From NCBI RefSeq assembly GCF_036321535.1, contig NC_087436.1, positions 36,644,001 to 36,708,000 on the forward strand: 64,000 nucleotides of DNA. The letters run 5' to 3'. A program made the translations under genes and the position numbers. A model generated the notes under the pieces. It ran no database searches and was not told where the DNA came from. It saw only the letters and a list, made by a program, of their open reading frames with translations. Positions 43,701-58,700 of this stretch are shown one piece after another (within the stretch, counting starts at the first letter, position 1; the number at the start of each line of letters is the position of its first letter). The DNA is from Camelus dromedarius (Eukaryota).

Positions 43701-46700
43701 CTAGGGTATGTAGTAATTTTAAAGTTAGCAGACATTAGATATAAGTCCACATTCCCTTATCTGCAATTCAAAAATCCACAACATTCTGAAAAATCTAAAT
43801 CTGTTTTTATAAATGTGGCATCAAAATCTGATATGAATTGATGAGAGACTGTTTATCCCAGTTGGTGTTTTTATTAATGTCATGCTGCAGAAATATTCAA
43901 ATATTTCAATATGCAGTACTATCTCAGATTCCACTAGGAGTTTATGCAGCATTTAGCAAACACATCATATTTGCTTGTATTTTTAAAATATTTCTTTACT
44001 GAGGTATAGTTGACACACAATATTATATAAGTTACAGGTGTACAATATATTAATGCACAATTTTTAAAGGTTATACTCCATTTATAGTTATTATAAAATA
44101 TTGGTTATATTCTCTGTGTTGTACAGTATGCCCTTGTAGCTTATTATACATGATAATTTGTATCTCTAAATCACTTATATGTGGAATCTAAAAAGTACAA
44201 CAAACTAATGAATAAAAAAAAAGAAACAGAGAGAACACAGTAGTGGTTACTAGTGTAAGAGAGGAAAGAGAGGAAAGAGGGGAGGGGCAATGTAGGGGTA
44301 GGGCATATTTCCTTTCTTTTAAAAGAAAACATCTAAATTCTCAAACACATCTGGCTCAGTGTGTTTCAAACAAGGGCTGTGAGCCAGGCACTGAGTATAC
44401 AGATATATACAAGACAGTCTAGAGGAAATTGAACTTTAAAAAAGGGAGCGAGACTTGTACGTAATAAGCAAGTAGAGTAGTAATAAACTTGATTTTAGAT
44501 TGACTGAATTTTTGGTGCCTATAATACATCTAAATGATGATACCTAAAAGACTACTGGATACAATTCTGAAGCTTAGGTGAAGGGTTGGTGCTGAAAGCA
44601 TAACCAATGGGAAAGCAGTGTTAACAAATTATGGAGCTGGACTAGGAAATGAAGCAAGGATGCACAAAGAGCAAGAAGAGTAGCCAAGAACAGAATGTGG
44701 GGAGAACACACATATTTAAAAAGGACAATGAACTGTATCAGGAAATGGACCAAGAAAAGTCAGAGAGACCAAAGAAAGCAATGTTACAAAATTTGAGGAC
44801 TTTGAGCAAGGAGAACAGGATTAGGGAAATCAAGGAAGACACCTGACATTCTGTCAACTATTTTAGTGGGTGAAGGAGAGGGAAAGAACAGGTAAGTTCT
44901 TCCCAGCTCTTTGTCCAGCTATATATTTTAATTTCCTTAATTAAAGTGCTAATACCCACCCACCTCTCAAATACTTCCAAAGACCTCATAAGACTGTGAT
45001 TAAACTCTTGGACTATACATCAAATCAAAATAAATGTTTCAAAATTAAATCTCCAGAAACCTGAGGAGGTGATCATGCCTATGAATAGTAGACACCCATG
45101 ACATTTCTTACTTAAAAGTTAATTTCTTTCCTCCTCAATTGGTCTAATTTTCAAATGATCAGAATTGTACATATGTACATTTGTGTGTTTAAGAACAACA
45201 TTTACCAAGTTCTCACTATGCCCTAGACACCAAAGTTAAGCCTTCCATATTCCATATGTACCGCCTCCTTCAATCTTCACAACTCTAGAAGGTCACTATC
45301 ATTACAATACTCCTGTTACTGAAACTTAAGAGAAGTTAAAAAAAGCTTGCCTGAGGCCACCAATCGGGTAGTAGCACAACAATTCTGTAATCTAGAATTT
45401 TGAATATTTTCATTATTAGATATGGCTGTTACAATATCCACCACCATGAAATAATACCATAATAAAAATAATGAGCTGCATATAAGATATTCTTCAGGCT
45501 TCTAACTGAAATAGGTAGGTATTGACAAAAATATTTTAAACTTATGTGAAATACTATGAGTAACAAAACTATTTATTTAAAAATGAATTCTGCTAATCCT
45601 TCAAACAACATAAACACAAAGCCTGCTTTTCTGAAATTCTATTAGTTCATTAACTCAACAAATATTATTAAGTGCCTAATATAAGCAAGGCACTATGCAA
45701 GGTACTATGATGGCTATACATGTATCTACAATGCAATGCCTGCCTTTTGGCAATTATACTCTAGTAGAATACAATCACCAAGAGGCCCTGACTACCATTT
45801 AAGCAAAATCTATACTATGAAAGACAAGCAAATATACTCCAGAAATTAAATGTGAATTGGGTATATGGTTTTCTGTTTTATTTTCCCAAATTATCATTAT
45901 TATTAGAAATTCACCAACTTGTTCATCAGAAACAGAATTTCCATTTAAGTCTGAAGAAGGGCTTGTTCGGTCACAAGGAAGATTATCATCAGAGACATCA
46001 GTATTATAGCCGCTGCCAGTTGGAGAATCAGAAGAATTATTGGATGTCAGCACTCCACCACTTTCGGTGACATTTGCTTTACCCATAATTCCAAAAGTAT
46101 TATACAAAACAGCACCAGACTGCCTTCCTCCTATAAAAATGAAAGAATTTACTTATTAAAAGTACTGGATGTCTCAATGCTGTATTCAATATCCATAAAG
46201 ATAAAAATAAAAAATAAAAATCTCATAAAGTTTTTTTCTCACCAAAACTTTGCTCCTATCTATAAAAGTGATACAATATTGAATTATCAGGTAATGAATT
46301 GTAGGCATATACTATTATGAATTGTAGGCATACTACTAGGATATGACTAAACCTAAAAGGTTTATATACAATTTAGCCTGCCTATTTTACTATATTAGTC
46401 AATATTGTAAAAGAAAATAAATGTAAGCCAGTCAGTATCACTGAATAAAGGACTTACAGTATTTTCATCCTATATGGCAAGGCTCTACTAAATCAAAACT
46501 CCAGTTTCCAAAAACACAAACTTCCAAAAGTTAAGAGGCTTCATATTTATTCAGGAATGTTTTCTGAATCACACTGTTTTGCTCAGGCACTGAGGCTTTG
46601 TACATCTAGATGCTCTGCTAGTTTTGAATCACACAACAATTTCATAAAATTCCACTTATACAGCTGGGGCAGGGTACCACCTTCTAGTAAATAATCCCAG

Positions 46701-49700
46701 GTACCACACCTTCTGCTTGAAAACGCTGATTCAGGTTATTGAAGTCATGATCAAAATATTTCAGCAATGTGGGACCAATTTGTTCCCAGCTTAAGTAGAA
46801 TTCAAAAAAAAAAAAGCTTACCTTTTATGGTTAAATTTTCAAGTCCACATTCAAACATTATCCAACCCCATTTTTCTTGGCTGGGACCTATTCGAGTTAT
46901 ATCCGGAACAGCTTGCTGATCAGTTTCATCCACAAAAGCAAACTCATCCAACTCTTCAAGAGTAAATAAAACTTTGGACTTCTCAAAGGGAATAGCAGTG
47001 ATGGCACAGGTACCGATATCTATTATCAGAAGGAAACAAAATGAGCATTTTTAAAGACAGAGGTTTGTATATTTTCTTTAAAAACAACAAATAATGCAAA
47101 CATCTGGTATAGTGGTTGTCTTAAAAGATAATTCAGTATTCTACCAAAAAGAAAAATAAACAAATGAACCAACTAATTTCTAAAATAATTCTGCCTAATG
47201 TCTTACTACTTAAAATAAGTGCCAGAATCATGTTGAAGTAAGAGGAAGAAAACAAGGTTCCATAATTAGCAAATTAACTGCTCAGAGACAGGGTAAATTC
47301 ATTTCTGAAAGCTTACAGGGTACTCTCAAAACCTAAAGTTAAAAGCTCCTGAATAATTCAGTTTCATAGTAAACTATTTTTAAATAGTTTCTCATCATTT
47401 TACAAAAAAAAAAAAATGTTAGTTATCTAGCCTTAGGAAAAACATTATTTTCCAGGAAAACTACAGCTTTTTCTAAAAGACTGCTTTATGCCAATATATT
47501 TTATATAACTACAATTCATCACAGATATCACCATAATTCCATTGCTTTCAATATGCAATATGGAAACTAACTTCCTGGGTGTCTGGCAGAGGTTTTTATT
47601 TTATCTCACTTTTTTCTATTTCTTTCTCTGAATATAGCTAATCAGTACAGAAAAGCAAAAAGAAGATTAAAAAACACATGTAAATTCACTACCCAGAGAT
47701 AACTTGTTTACATTTGAAGAAAGTTTCCTTCTAGCCCTTTAGAGATCATTTTAAAAAATAAAAACCCAGCTTTGGTCCCCACTTTTCATGTAACAGTCAA
47801 CCATGATAATTTCCTCAGTTCATTAAATATGCTTCAAAGATACTATTTTAATAGCTATATAATATTTCATCATATGAAAATACTATATTTTGAATTTATG
47901 ATTAGAAAGTCTTCCCTGAACAGAGAGTAAATTTTCACCTATAACTTTCTATAATGTTCTCATTTTTTTTTATATTTGTCTTTAATTCCATGAACTTATT
48001 CTGATGTACGGTATAAAGTGAGGCTTTAACTTGAATTTTATTTAAAAATTTTTATTAAATAATACATTGACATAGATTAAAGTTCCAAAAAGTATGAAAG
48101 AGTATACAACGAAAAGCCTCTTATCACCACACTCGGGCATCTACTTCTCCTCCCTATAAGTAACAAGTATCATTAGATTATTGAGTCTCCTTTCACAGAT
48201 ATTTTGTGTACACATATGCAAAGACATTTACATTTTTTCCCTGCATTTTTACACAATATCCACCTTGGAATTTTATTGGGAGTTTTGTCTTTGATCATTT
48301 TTTTTTTTGGATGATGTGCCTTTCAAAATTATATTCAGTTACTGCTTATGGTCGATAAAACACCCACGTGCAAACTGGCTACCAGTGCAAACTACAGAGC
48401 TGAGAATGTCTCTTATACTCAAGCCACTGTATTTTGAATGAGCTTTAGGACTACAGATCTCAGGTAGTCATGAAAGATCTCTTTTTTGGCACTCTCAGGT
48501 AAAATCCTTGGGCCTCAAACATAAGGATGGTGAAATAAGCCTTGAGAAAGCCACAGCAGTTATACAGACCCAGGATGCAGACAGGAACCATGGAACCTTC
48601 AGCGCCTACAGAATACAGTGAGAACATTCAAGGAAATCATTTGCTCATTCAGGACTGGTCACCAGCCTATCATGCAGATTTCAGCATGGCAATCATTTCA
48701 AGTAAGACAAGTAAACTCAATTTTTTCTGGGTTCAGTCTCTGACAATCTAGGATCATTTAGCCTCTAAATGAGCATATGCACCAAAGTAAATAAAAAATA
48801 TTGAAATGATACATGATATCTCTAGTCTTCTCTTTTACCTCACAGGGACTTTTAAGAAGCACAACCATGTCTATCATTCTTATTGCTGCTATATTTACAG
48901 ATTTGACTATCCTTGATATCACAATGAATTCTTTTTTAACAAAGCTTTGCCAATAGAGTAATTTTAAAAGAAAGACTATAAAGATCATCTCTGCTCTACA
49001 ATGAACAAATAGGTACCACGAAGAAAACAGATGGGAGACAGAAGCAGTTCCTAATTTGGGACTTCCGTATCACATACCTTCCTACCAAAGTTTACCTTCC
49101 ATTCTGTGTAGAATGTGAGTAATGTATAGCTAAACACCATGTGTTCAATATTTACAGAAATACTTTTCTCTTTCTTATAAAATACTCAAATTATAGCAAT
49201 ATTCAAAGGAAAAAATTATGTTTTCTTTTGTAAAATCCTCTTACATTTACACATGTCAAAGAAAAACCATGTTGTAGAATCTTACCTGTTGTATCAAGAC
49301 CCCTTAGCTGCCCGTGAACTCGATGGATGTTTAACTTGGCTGCAATCTCTTTGCCCTTTTCTGCTCCAGCATTTGACCTGAGAGATCCAGATGACTGAGG
49401 CTGCATCTTAGTGGCATGCACATACCTATCAAAATTTGATGTTCTCCCAGGGTCTGCATTGTTTGAAGTCTCTTCAACCACTCCTCTTTATGAAAAAAGA
49501 CAGAATATGATGGTTAACATTTAAATAATATAGTCCAGTAAAAACATTTAACTAGTGTTTTCTTTAAACCATTTCACTGTTTTAATTAAACCAATATTAA
49601 TAACAAAATTTTCAGTGTTTACTGAAAGACGGTATGAATAAAAACAGTAAAACTTTTTAAAACCTACTTTGCTAATCTACAAAGCGAGATACGAAATTCC

Positions 49701-52700
49701 AATAGTAGTTTTGAGTTTTAATATTAGAATTTTCAGAAATGCATTAAAAAGATGATTAAGGCTTGCTTTTACACCCAGCAAGATAATCCTGGCTCAAATT
49801 AATAAGATCTTTCTTACCTGTTCATACGAACTTGTGTAGCAATTCTGTCAAAACACAACGCTACTAGGGAAACGTGAGTCACACTTCTACTAGGAGCTGT
49901 ACTTGGGGATTCTTCCACTGAGGCTTGTAACAAACATAAGTTCACCTAGCACACAAAATGTCACATATTTCAGAGGTGAAAAGTAAAAAGTTATCACTTA
50001 AACATAAGACACACAGGAAAATGAAAAACTACTGTTAGAAATGGTATATCTATGTGTCTGAGAGTAATGAGGGCAAAGCTTATAAATACAGACTCTCATA
50101 AAATAATAATTAAATTCTTACTGGATGGATGTGAAATATTTTAGTAAATATTATCCAACAATTTGCTTAAGTAAACTATTTACATTACATTAATTCTTTA
50201 TATTAGATCATCAAGGAAATAAAATACATATTTTTGATATTACAATCTATTCCATCACCATTCAGTTTAGCAAATACAAAAGATAAAAACCACCAAAATA
50301 TTCTCTTTCAGAAAATTTTTTAAAATACTAAATTGTTACCTTTGGGATGCTAACATTAGCCTGTAGACCTTTAATTGTTACATTATCTTGCTTCATTGTA
50401 AGATTTGTCTGTGCTTGTCCTTGGTTAGTCATTCCCATGGTAGGGTGCTCAGTTTTTGTTCCTCTAACATCTTGTTTGGAAGATAGCTAAAAAGATTGAG
50501 GTAGAATTATTATGTCACAGACTTTTCATAACTTCCACATCATCCACAACAGCAGCTTGCTGTTCACTGTGCTCCTCTATACCCATCTATGTACCAGCTG
50601 CCATCTGGTTCAGCACCCCTAGTCTTAAAGTCCAAACCTAAGAAAAGCTAGAAAATAGACTGGCAGCCCAGGGCTGAGAGGAGTGATACATAATAAAGTG
50701 AAATTAGCCCACACAAAAACAGACAGAAAAAAAATGGTAATAATAATAGGTATGTTTTTAGGATCACTAAATTCTACCTACTTGAGAGCAGATTTGGTTT
50801 CTGATACTTAGCTCCTTGCTGGCTGGGGATATTTTCAAATTTCTTTTGATTTATACTCCTTGACCCCAACTACCTATCACACGAAATGCCAATATATTTT
50901 GAATAACTAGATCACTAAAAATAATCAGCGTCACCTTCACTTTGCCTCTGATCCCTAGTCCAAATATGATACAGATAAATTTGAAAGTCAAGTGGACAAT
51001 CACAAGATGAGCACCAGGACATGACCACTAAGAAACTGGCTTCATGACCAGGAGTACAGCATTAGAATATCACACACCAGCAGAGTGACTGGATTCCCTG
51101 AGGTGAACAAAAATAATCTCAAAAATATTAAGATACAAGTTATCTAATTCTAGAGGAAAGCCAAAATAATATGCAGCTTTGCTTTCTTAGAAAATGAATG
51201 TACCAGTCCTAAAGAATGCTCATTCACTTAGGCAAAGCCTTTTAGGAAAGGCTTAGGATTAAGCTACTTTCAAAATAAAAGAAAAAATAACACTACTTTT
51301 TAATTAATATTTTACTCCTACTTAATACATAGTATAATTATAGATGCTATCTCTTACGGAGCCAGTGCCATACATATAAAGACTATATAGAATGTCCATG
51401 TATTCCAGTTTAAACATCTAATAAAATTTAAACATATTCAAGTATTTTCAACTTTGGATATTATGTGCATGTGAAGAAAACTCAATTTGCCACACTCACT
51501 GAATAAAAAGTTCTTACATTTTCTGAGAAGGTAGTCTTGCTATTTTGGACAGCTTCCCTGAGGACTTTGACGTGGAGATCATCTACGATGGCAGCTGGAT
51601 GTCGGGTACTGGCACAATGAACCATTGCTTCAATATACCTGTGGGAAGAAAAACAGTAAATGAAACATTTTAATATCACTTAATACTATGATCTGGTCTA
51701 TCTAAATTATTCCGTTTTGTTCCATACCAGATTTTATTCACATTATTTTTGTCTCCCTAGATAGACTATAATCTCCTTGCAGAACAAAATTTCTGCTTTA
51801 TTCCTTCATTAACTAGACAGCAGTAAGAATATCTAACTTAATAATTAGTTCCTGGGTGTTTGATCATTTTATGCTCATCAGCCCAAAATCAAAAAGTAAA
51901 AAATATAATGCAATATAATGATTATAAAATTGCAATACATAATTATTTAGGCTGAAAAAGTAATAAATGATAACTAAAATATAGACCTTTTAAAACATAT
52001 TTTCATTTTTGTTCAATCAAAATAGCCATCATCAACATTCTTTTTTATGAAAATATTATATCACATATACTAACCATATTACATACATTTATTATTTTAT
52101 AAAATAGTAGTTGTATTTTTAGACAAAATTAATACCTGTCTAAAGCCTCAGCCACGAGGGGAGTCAGAACAATATCAACGGTTCCTTTGACTTCAACTAT
52201 GGCTGTTGTCCTGGTCTGAGAGACTGGCTGATCCAGGGTCCACTCTTCTGTTAATGTTTCATCATCTGTGTTATCAACGGCTTTCTTATCCAGAGGAGTA
52301 TATGGTGTACTATACAATTTAACAAGCAAAGTATATATTAAAAAGACCATGAAAAAGAATAGAAATTGGAGCTTCCTTAGAATGAGTTACACTGATTTTA
52401 ACTTAAACTTATATTTATTTCACTTAAAAATTTCATGAAATTGGATTAGATATTTTACGTCCCAAATACTCTTGGAGGACAAGACAAATGAGGCACTAAA
52501 ATACAAACTGATCAAAGATGGTTAATGTATCAAATGACAAAAAATTTTGTTAATGTATTTACTTGATTAGGCTTTTCCAAAATACGAAAATTACAATACT
52601 GAATTCTTGTTAGTTTCTAATTTTGACATGCCAAGTTATGGTTTGCATAGTACGTCTAAAAGAAATGCTACTGACTTTATACAAGTAGGCAAAGCCATGA

Positions 52701-55700
52701 CAGACAACAGAGTTATTTGGGGCAATTTATTCATAAAATAAAGACTATAGTCAAGTAAAGAGTGGCTATTCTTCAGAATAAACTCTACATTATCTCATAA
52801 TCAAGAAAGACTGACTTTAAACCTCAAAAGTATGTAATTTTAACTTACTTTGAAGTTGATCCTGAAAGTTGCATTCCTCTGTCTAGTAAAGAGTTAGCTG
52901 TGAGCCCCTGTTTGATAACCTAGAATAATATAAAAACATTACTTATAGCCTAGAATTTTAATATTAATTATTCTCTAATTTTATGCTATCAGCTCATATT
53001 TGTGAATATCCAAATTACCCTGTTAATATGATTTTGATATATGACATAAATGTTTAACAGATAAATTCAGAAAATATTCAATTGGCAATTTCATTTCCTG
53101 ATTATTCAGAGAAACAACAGAGCAGGGCAGCAAAGATTCAGCAATGAGAGTAAAAGACTATATACAATGAAAGCTTAAAAGCCAAGTGCTTCAAACTATA
53201 AACTATGTCCACTACCCTCGCCACTGAACATCAAATGCTTGTCACACAGTAGTATATAATAAGTATCTGAATTTTAAATGAGTATATTAACGTTTAGACA
53301 CTTTTTTTTGACTAGTTCAATTTTTTACTTTTTCTTTTTATTTATTGAGTTATAGTCAGTTTACAATGCTGTGTCAATCTCTGGTGTACAACACAGTTTT
53401 TCAGTCATAGATGAACACACACACATTCACCCCCATACTCTTCTTCACCATGAGCCACTACGAGATCTTGACTATATTTCCCTGTGCCATACAGTATAAA
53501 CTTGTTCATCTAGTCTGTATATATCTGTCAGTATCTTATCTCGAACTCCCAGTCTATCTCTACCCACACCCTCTCCAAGCAACCACAAGTGTATTATATG
53601 TTTCTGAGTCTGTTTCTGTTTTATATTTAAGTTCATTTGTCTTCTGTTTTTTTTTTTTATTCCACTTATGAGTGATATCATATGGTATTTTTCTTTCTCT
53701 TTCTGGCTAACTTCACTTAGAATGATATTCTCTAGGGACATCCATGTTGCTGCAAATGACATTTTGTTGTCATTTTTATGGCTGAGTAGTATTCTATTGT
53801 ATAAATATACCACAGCTTCTTTATCCAGTCATCTATCGATGGACATTTAGGTTGTTTCTATGTTTTGGCTATTGTAAATAGTGCTGTTATGAACACTGGG
53901 GTGCATGTGTCTTTTTAAAATAAGTATATATGCATATGTAAGTATAAACCACATAAGATTCTTGAATTGTTGAATCAGTTCAATAAGATTTTATATGCTC
54001 AATTTTGGTCTTTAAAATCATAAAAAGCCCTCTTAAAATTTATAATTCTATAAAAATCCTTCCATGTTAAGTATTATTACTAAATATTTTGACTTTTTAG
54101 CTTTCCTTTAAAAAGCAATTTACAGAATATATTACAGAGATGGACAATAATCAATTCATACTAAATTATAAGATCTCAAATATTAAGTGTGGAGAACTGG
54201 ATCTGCATAGAAGCAGTTATGGATTAATAGAAAGAACACTAATTATTAAAAAGAACTTCAAAATTTTACTTTTAAGACACAGAAAATATGAATTCAGAGA
54301 CAACCTTACAGCACAATGGAGACACAGACTATATGTTAATTCTTAATAGTGTGACAATCAAGTCTGAAACTATTCCTCAATTTTATATGCCTAAATTTAT
54401 AATACTCCTCAATAACCCTGAGGCCTACTGTCATGTATGAAGCCATGACTTGAGGAATTCTATCTTTCAGAAAGGCAGCTAAAATGATCAAGAGAGTAAT
54501 ACTCATCTTCCTAAATAAATTTATCAGTTGAAACTAATGATTTGGCTCATACCTTAAAAGTTGGAACAGAAAGCTGTTCAAATGATGATGAACTTTCTTC
54601 ACTGGTTGGTGTATCCAGATCGAGAGGCCGATGCAGCGAAGACTTAGAGGTTCTTTTGTTGGCTGGATGCTTCACTGACCAATTAATTACCTGGAACTGT
54701 GTAAGGTAAGTCTGATAGCAATTCATCACAGGTTGTTGAGAAGTAATCTGTTCACTCTCTACTGTTTTCTCACTTTCTACAACATACAAATGTTCTATAA
54801 CATCATCTTCTCCACCTAATGCAGAAACAAAGGAAGCTTGGGAAGGATGAGTTTTGAAAGGTAGAGTTCGGGCATCCTGAATGCTTTCTCCAGGGCCAGT
54901 AAGTGGTCCTTCTACACTGTGATATATGGAACCCCTACTGTAGTCAATCTGCTGGGCTTGCTTTTTCTTCTTTTTTCTACCTGGATAAGTTCCAGGGCCT
55001 TCATCACTGCTAATGGGCTCAAATTCTTCAGCTGCAGAAAAGTAGGCTTCACTATCAGCCATGGACATGCTGGAATCCATCGATCGATACTGATGAAAGG
55101 AATTAGAGTCTGCTGATGGTGTGTATGGAAATGAACCGAAACTTCTTCTCTGCTTTGGTGAGTCTAGGACATTCTCATCACTTCGGGAGACATCACTACT
55201 AAACTGGACTCCAACTGTAACAGGCTGCTTGTCCCCATAAAAAGCAGCAGTAAGGCTCTTGGTACTTCCAAGTCGGGTGGAACATACAGAGGCCTGTCGT
55301 TTCAAAGGAGATCTCAGAGGAGATTGACTTACTGACTTATCCTGAGTATTAGGAGACACGGGGCTGTTTCCTGAAATTTCTGTAGGAATGCTAAAACAGA
55401 GAGCAAAACTATTACCATTTACAGCATACCATATAATTTACTCCAAGTATAAATAGAAGGACTTATAAAATCCTTTCTGTAATTTTAATCATTTATTTTA
55501 CAAATAAAGGCAAATGTAAAATTTTACAATAAAACATATATACAAAGTAGCAAAACAGCACAGTATGTGTTCATATCCCATATAGTTCCAAAAAAAAAAT
55601 TAAGGCAGCTTAAAACACAATAAAAACTGAAAGAAACCCAGAGTATAATCTTCTATCCATAATGCATGGACACTAATGCATTTATAAGTTTTTTCCCCCA

Positions 55701-58700
55701 TATCTTTTAAAAGCTTGTCCAACAAAATATATCAGGGACCTCTGATTAAATGAGAGGAAATAAAAGAGAGAAATAAATCATAGATAATCCCAGTATTTCT
55801 GACTTCAGCAACTGATGTAGTAGTGACATTTACTGAGGCAGAACAAGTTGAGCATAATAGGCACAAGGTCATTTGTTATATGTTGAGTTTGAGGTCTCCA
55901 TGAAACATCCATGTAAAAACATTAAGAAAGGAGCTAGGCTTATATGCACCAAGGTTTTGGATGGGGCTTTTACATGTATAAGATGTTAGCTATAGATCAT
56001 AATTGAAGCCAAACACTTACTAAAAGTGCCTAGGAAAACAGTACAGTGAGTGGAGAAAAGGGTACAGAATAGAGTTCTGAGGGATAGCAACATTTAACAA
56101 ATGGCAGGCTGAAAGAGGAAGAGAAAGAAGAAAGGGAGGGAAAAAAATGCAGGACATGGAAATAGAGACTGAGAAGGAATAGACAAGGAGATGGGAAGAA
56201 AATTTGAAACGTGCTATCACGTCAAGAGGAAAGTCTGTTTTAAGAAGTGAGTAGCCAACTATCAAGGGGCCAAGAGGAGGACCAAAAAATATTCACCACA
56301 CTGGAAGGATAATATCCACGTGTTAAAATGGTTCACTCTGAGTGGTGAGATGACAAGAAATATTCCTGTATTTTCCAAATATCTGGAATGAATATATATG
56401 TATTACTTTTGTAATCAGAAAAACAGTATCAAATGGACATTTAAAAATAGGTTTGGGGGAGAGAAAATTTTCTACAATGAATGAGCTGAGAGGGGAGAAG
56501 TTTTTCCCACCATAATTTTAAGCACTTACAATCCTATTATGATCAGATATCTAAATCTAACTGCATACTGACCTTACTTGGCCATCATCTCTTTTCGAAC
56601 TATGCAAGAATTCCTTTTGAACCAAATGGTCATCGGCGACAGAGGAAGGACTTTCCTTTTCACCGGCCAACAGAGGCTGTGCAGCACTCGAACTGCTGTT
56701 CTCTTCTGAGGACGAGGATGAGCTATGGGATCGTAATGGTACCTGAAGACTAAGGTGCTGAGTTTTTCTCTCTACTTCTATTCCAACTGATTTGTTTTCC
56801 CATTCTTTCCTCTTCATGCCATTCACATTACCTAAACAAATGAACAAAAAAGTAGGTTACATAAATATAATAATTTCAAAAGCAATTTATGAAAAATACG
56901 AGAACTTAATCCAACTCCGTTTTTAAGTATATAATCATTTTTAAAAAGCACAAGTAACTAATTGCACATAGGAATGTGCTAAACACTACAGAAAGATACC
57001 AACATGAGTATGACTCCAGAGTCCATAGACAGTGAATTTTTTCTTCTTTTTTTAAACTATTTATATGAAAAATTTTCAAACTTAAAAAACTTTCAAGAGT
57101 GGTACAAAGCCACCAAAAATCTTTTACTTGAAACTACCTTTTTTAAACATTTTGCCCAATGTGCTCTACTTATATACAATAAACATAATAGTTTTTGAAC
57201 CATCTAAGAGTAATTTGCAGACATCATGGCCTTTTACCCTAAATAGTTAAACAATTATGTCCTAAGAGTAATTCAAAACCACAGTATAATTATCAACTTG
57301 GTACATTTGGTGTTTATATCATACTGTTATCTAATCTACCATGTGCTTTCCAATTTTCTCATTGACCCAATAATATCCTTTAAAGCACTTTTGCCCTCTC
57401 CAGTACAGGATCCAATCTAGGATTGTATATTATTGCTTTCAGTTGTCATTGCCTTCTTTAATCTGACATTTCCTCAGCCTTTTATAAGAGCCCTGTGATG
57501 TGTTATGTAAATTGGGAGTGGGGAGGGATAAAGGGAGAGTTGACAGCTGCTTAGATCCAAAAACCAACCATTGCACTGCTTCCCCTCTCCTTGTGCTACC
57601 CAAGAAAGAGGAACCTGCTGATAGGAGAAAAAAATCTCCCAAAGCAGAATGCGGTTCTAAATGGAACTTAAGGGGTAAAAAGTCATCTCTTTCAAAAGAA
57701 AAATGGGCTTGATTCACTTTTAAGTGATAGAAAATTAGTGTTCACTGACCTTTCAAGGAAATTTTTGGTTCTACCAATATGCCCTCCTTGATTCTATCCT
57801 GATACTGTGTATCTATACTTGGCTCCTGGAAAACTGAACTATCAGAAAGTCAGATACTTATGTAGGAACTAATTCCAATCTTCTCTGCACAAGAAGCTTA
57901 CAGCAATTTACCAATTACAAGTCACTCCTGAGAGAATCACTAGGAGATATAGACACTCCTCATTATACATTGTAAGAATTAGAATGAAATTTCCTTTGTT
58001 CACTGTTATTTGCTATTTTCCCCCTTTTATATCCTGTGTAAATTCTCTGTAGATTTTCTTCCTTGAGTTTTTGATGGTTACATTTTGATCTGCAAGTTAG
58101 AAAATCAAGCAAAATCATAAGTGACAATTGTAGTACGGTGGGAAGAACTAAAGTGGCTTCAGTGACCCTGATTCCAGTTACTGCTCAGCCATGTACATGA
58201 CTGTATGACTTCATGCAACTCAGTCTCAGTGATGAACCTCACCTACTTCACTATAAACAGGAAAAATAAAGAAATCATATGGTAGCTTGGGGGTGAAATA
58301 AGAAATGTGTATGAAAATTTTAAAAACAAACATTATTCAAATGTGGGAAAGTAATATTATAAGAAGACAGCTAAGTTAAATTTTACTTAGCATCTTCCTT
58401 GTCCTTTAAATGTCAAGAAGTTTTGGTGTTTACTGATTTTATAAGATAATTGCTCTTATTCTGGTAAAACTGCTGAAGTCAAACAACCTTAAAATAACGT
58501 GTACAAATTTATTAATATTCAGTGAAAAATCATTCAAATAAGAATTTGGCAGATGTGGTAGCCCAGCTCTTTCCTCTAAGAGCTCCTTACACATGGGAAA
58601 TTGATAAACTCTGAGAGTTAAAACTACTTCTTTCCTATCTTTGCCTACTGACAATAGGCAGAGGTAAGTTAACATTTGTTAATGGATCAAGGGGAAAAAA

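Noticed and set aside
46294..46335. Short direct repeat atgaattgtaggcata x2
   Set aside because: A simple local tandem duplication; no array structure, not CRISPR-like.
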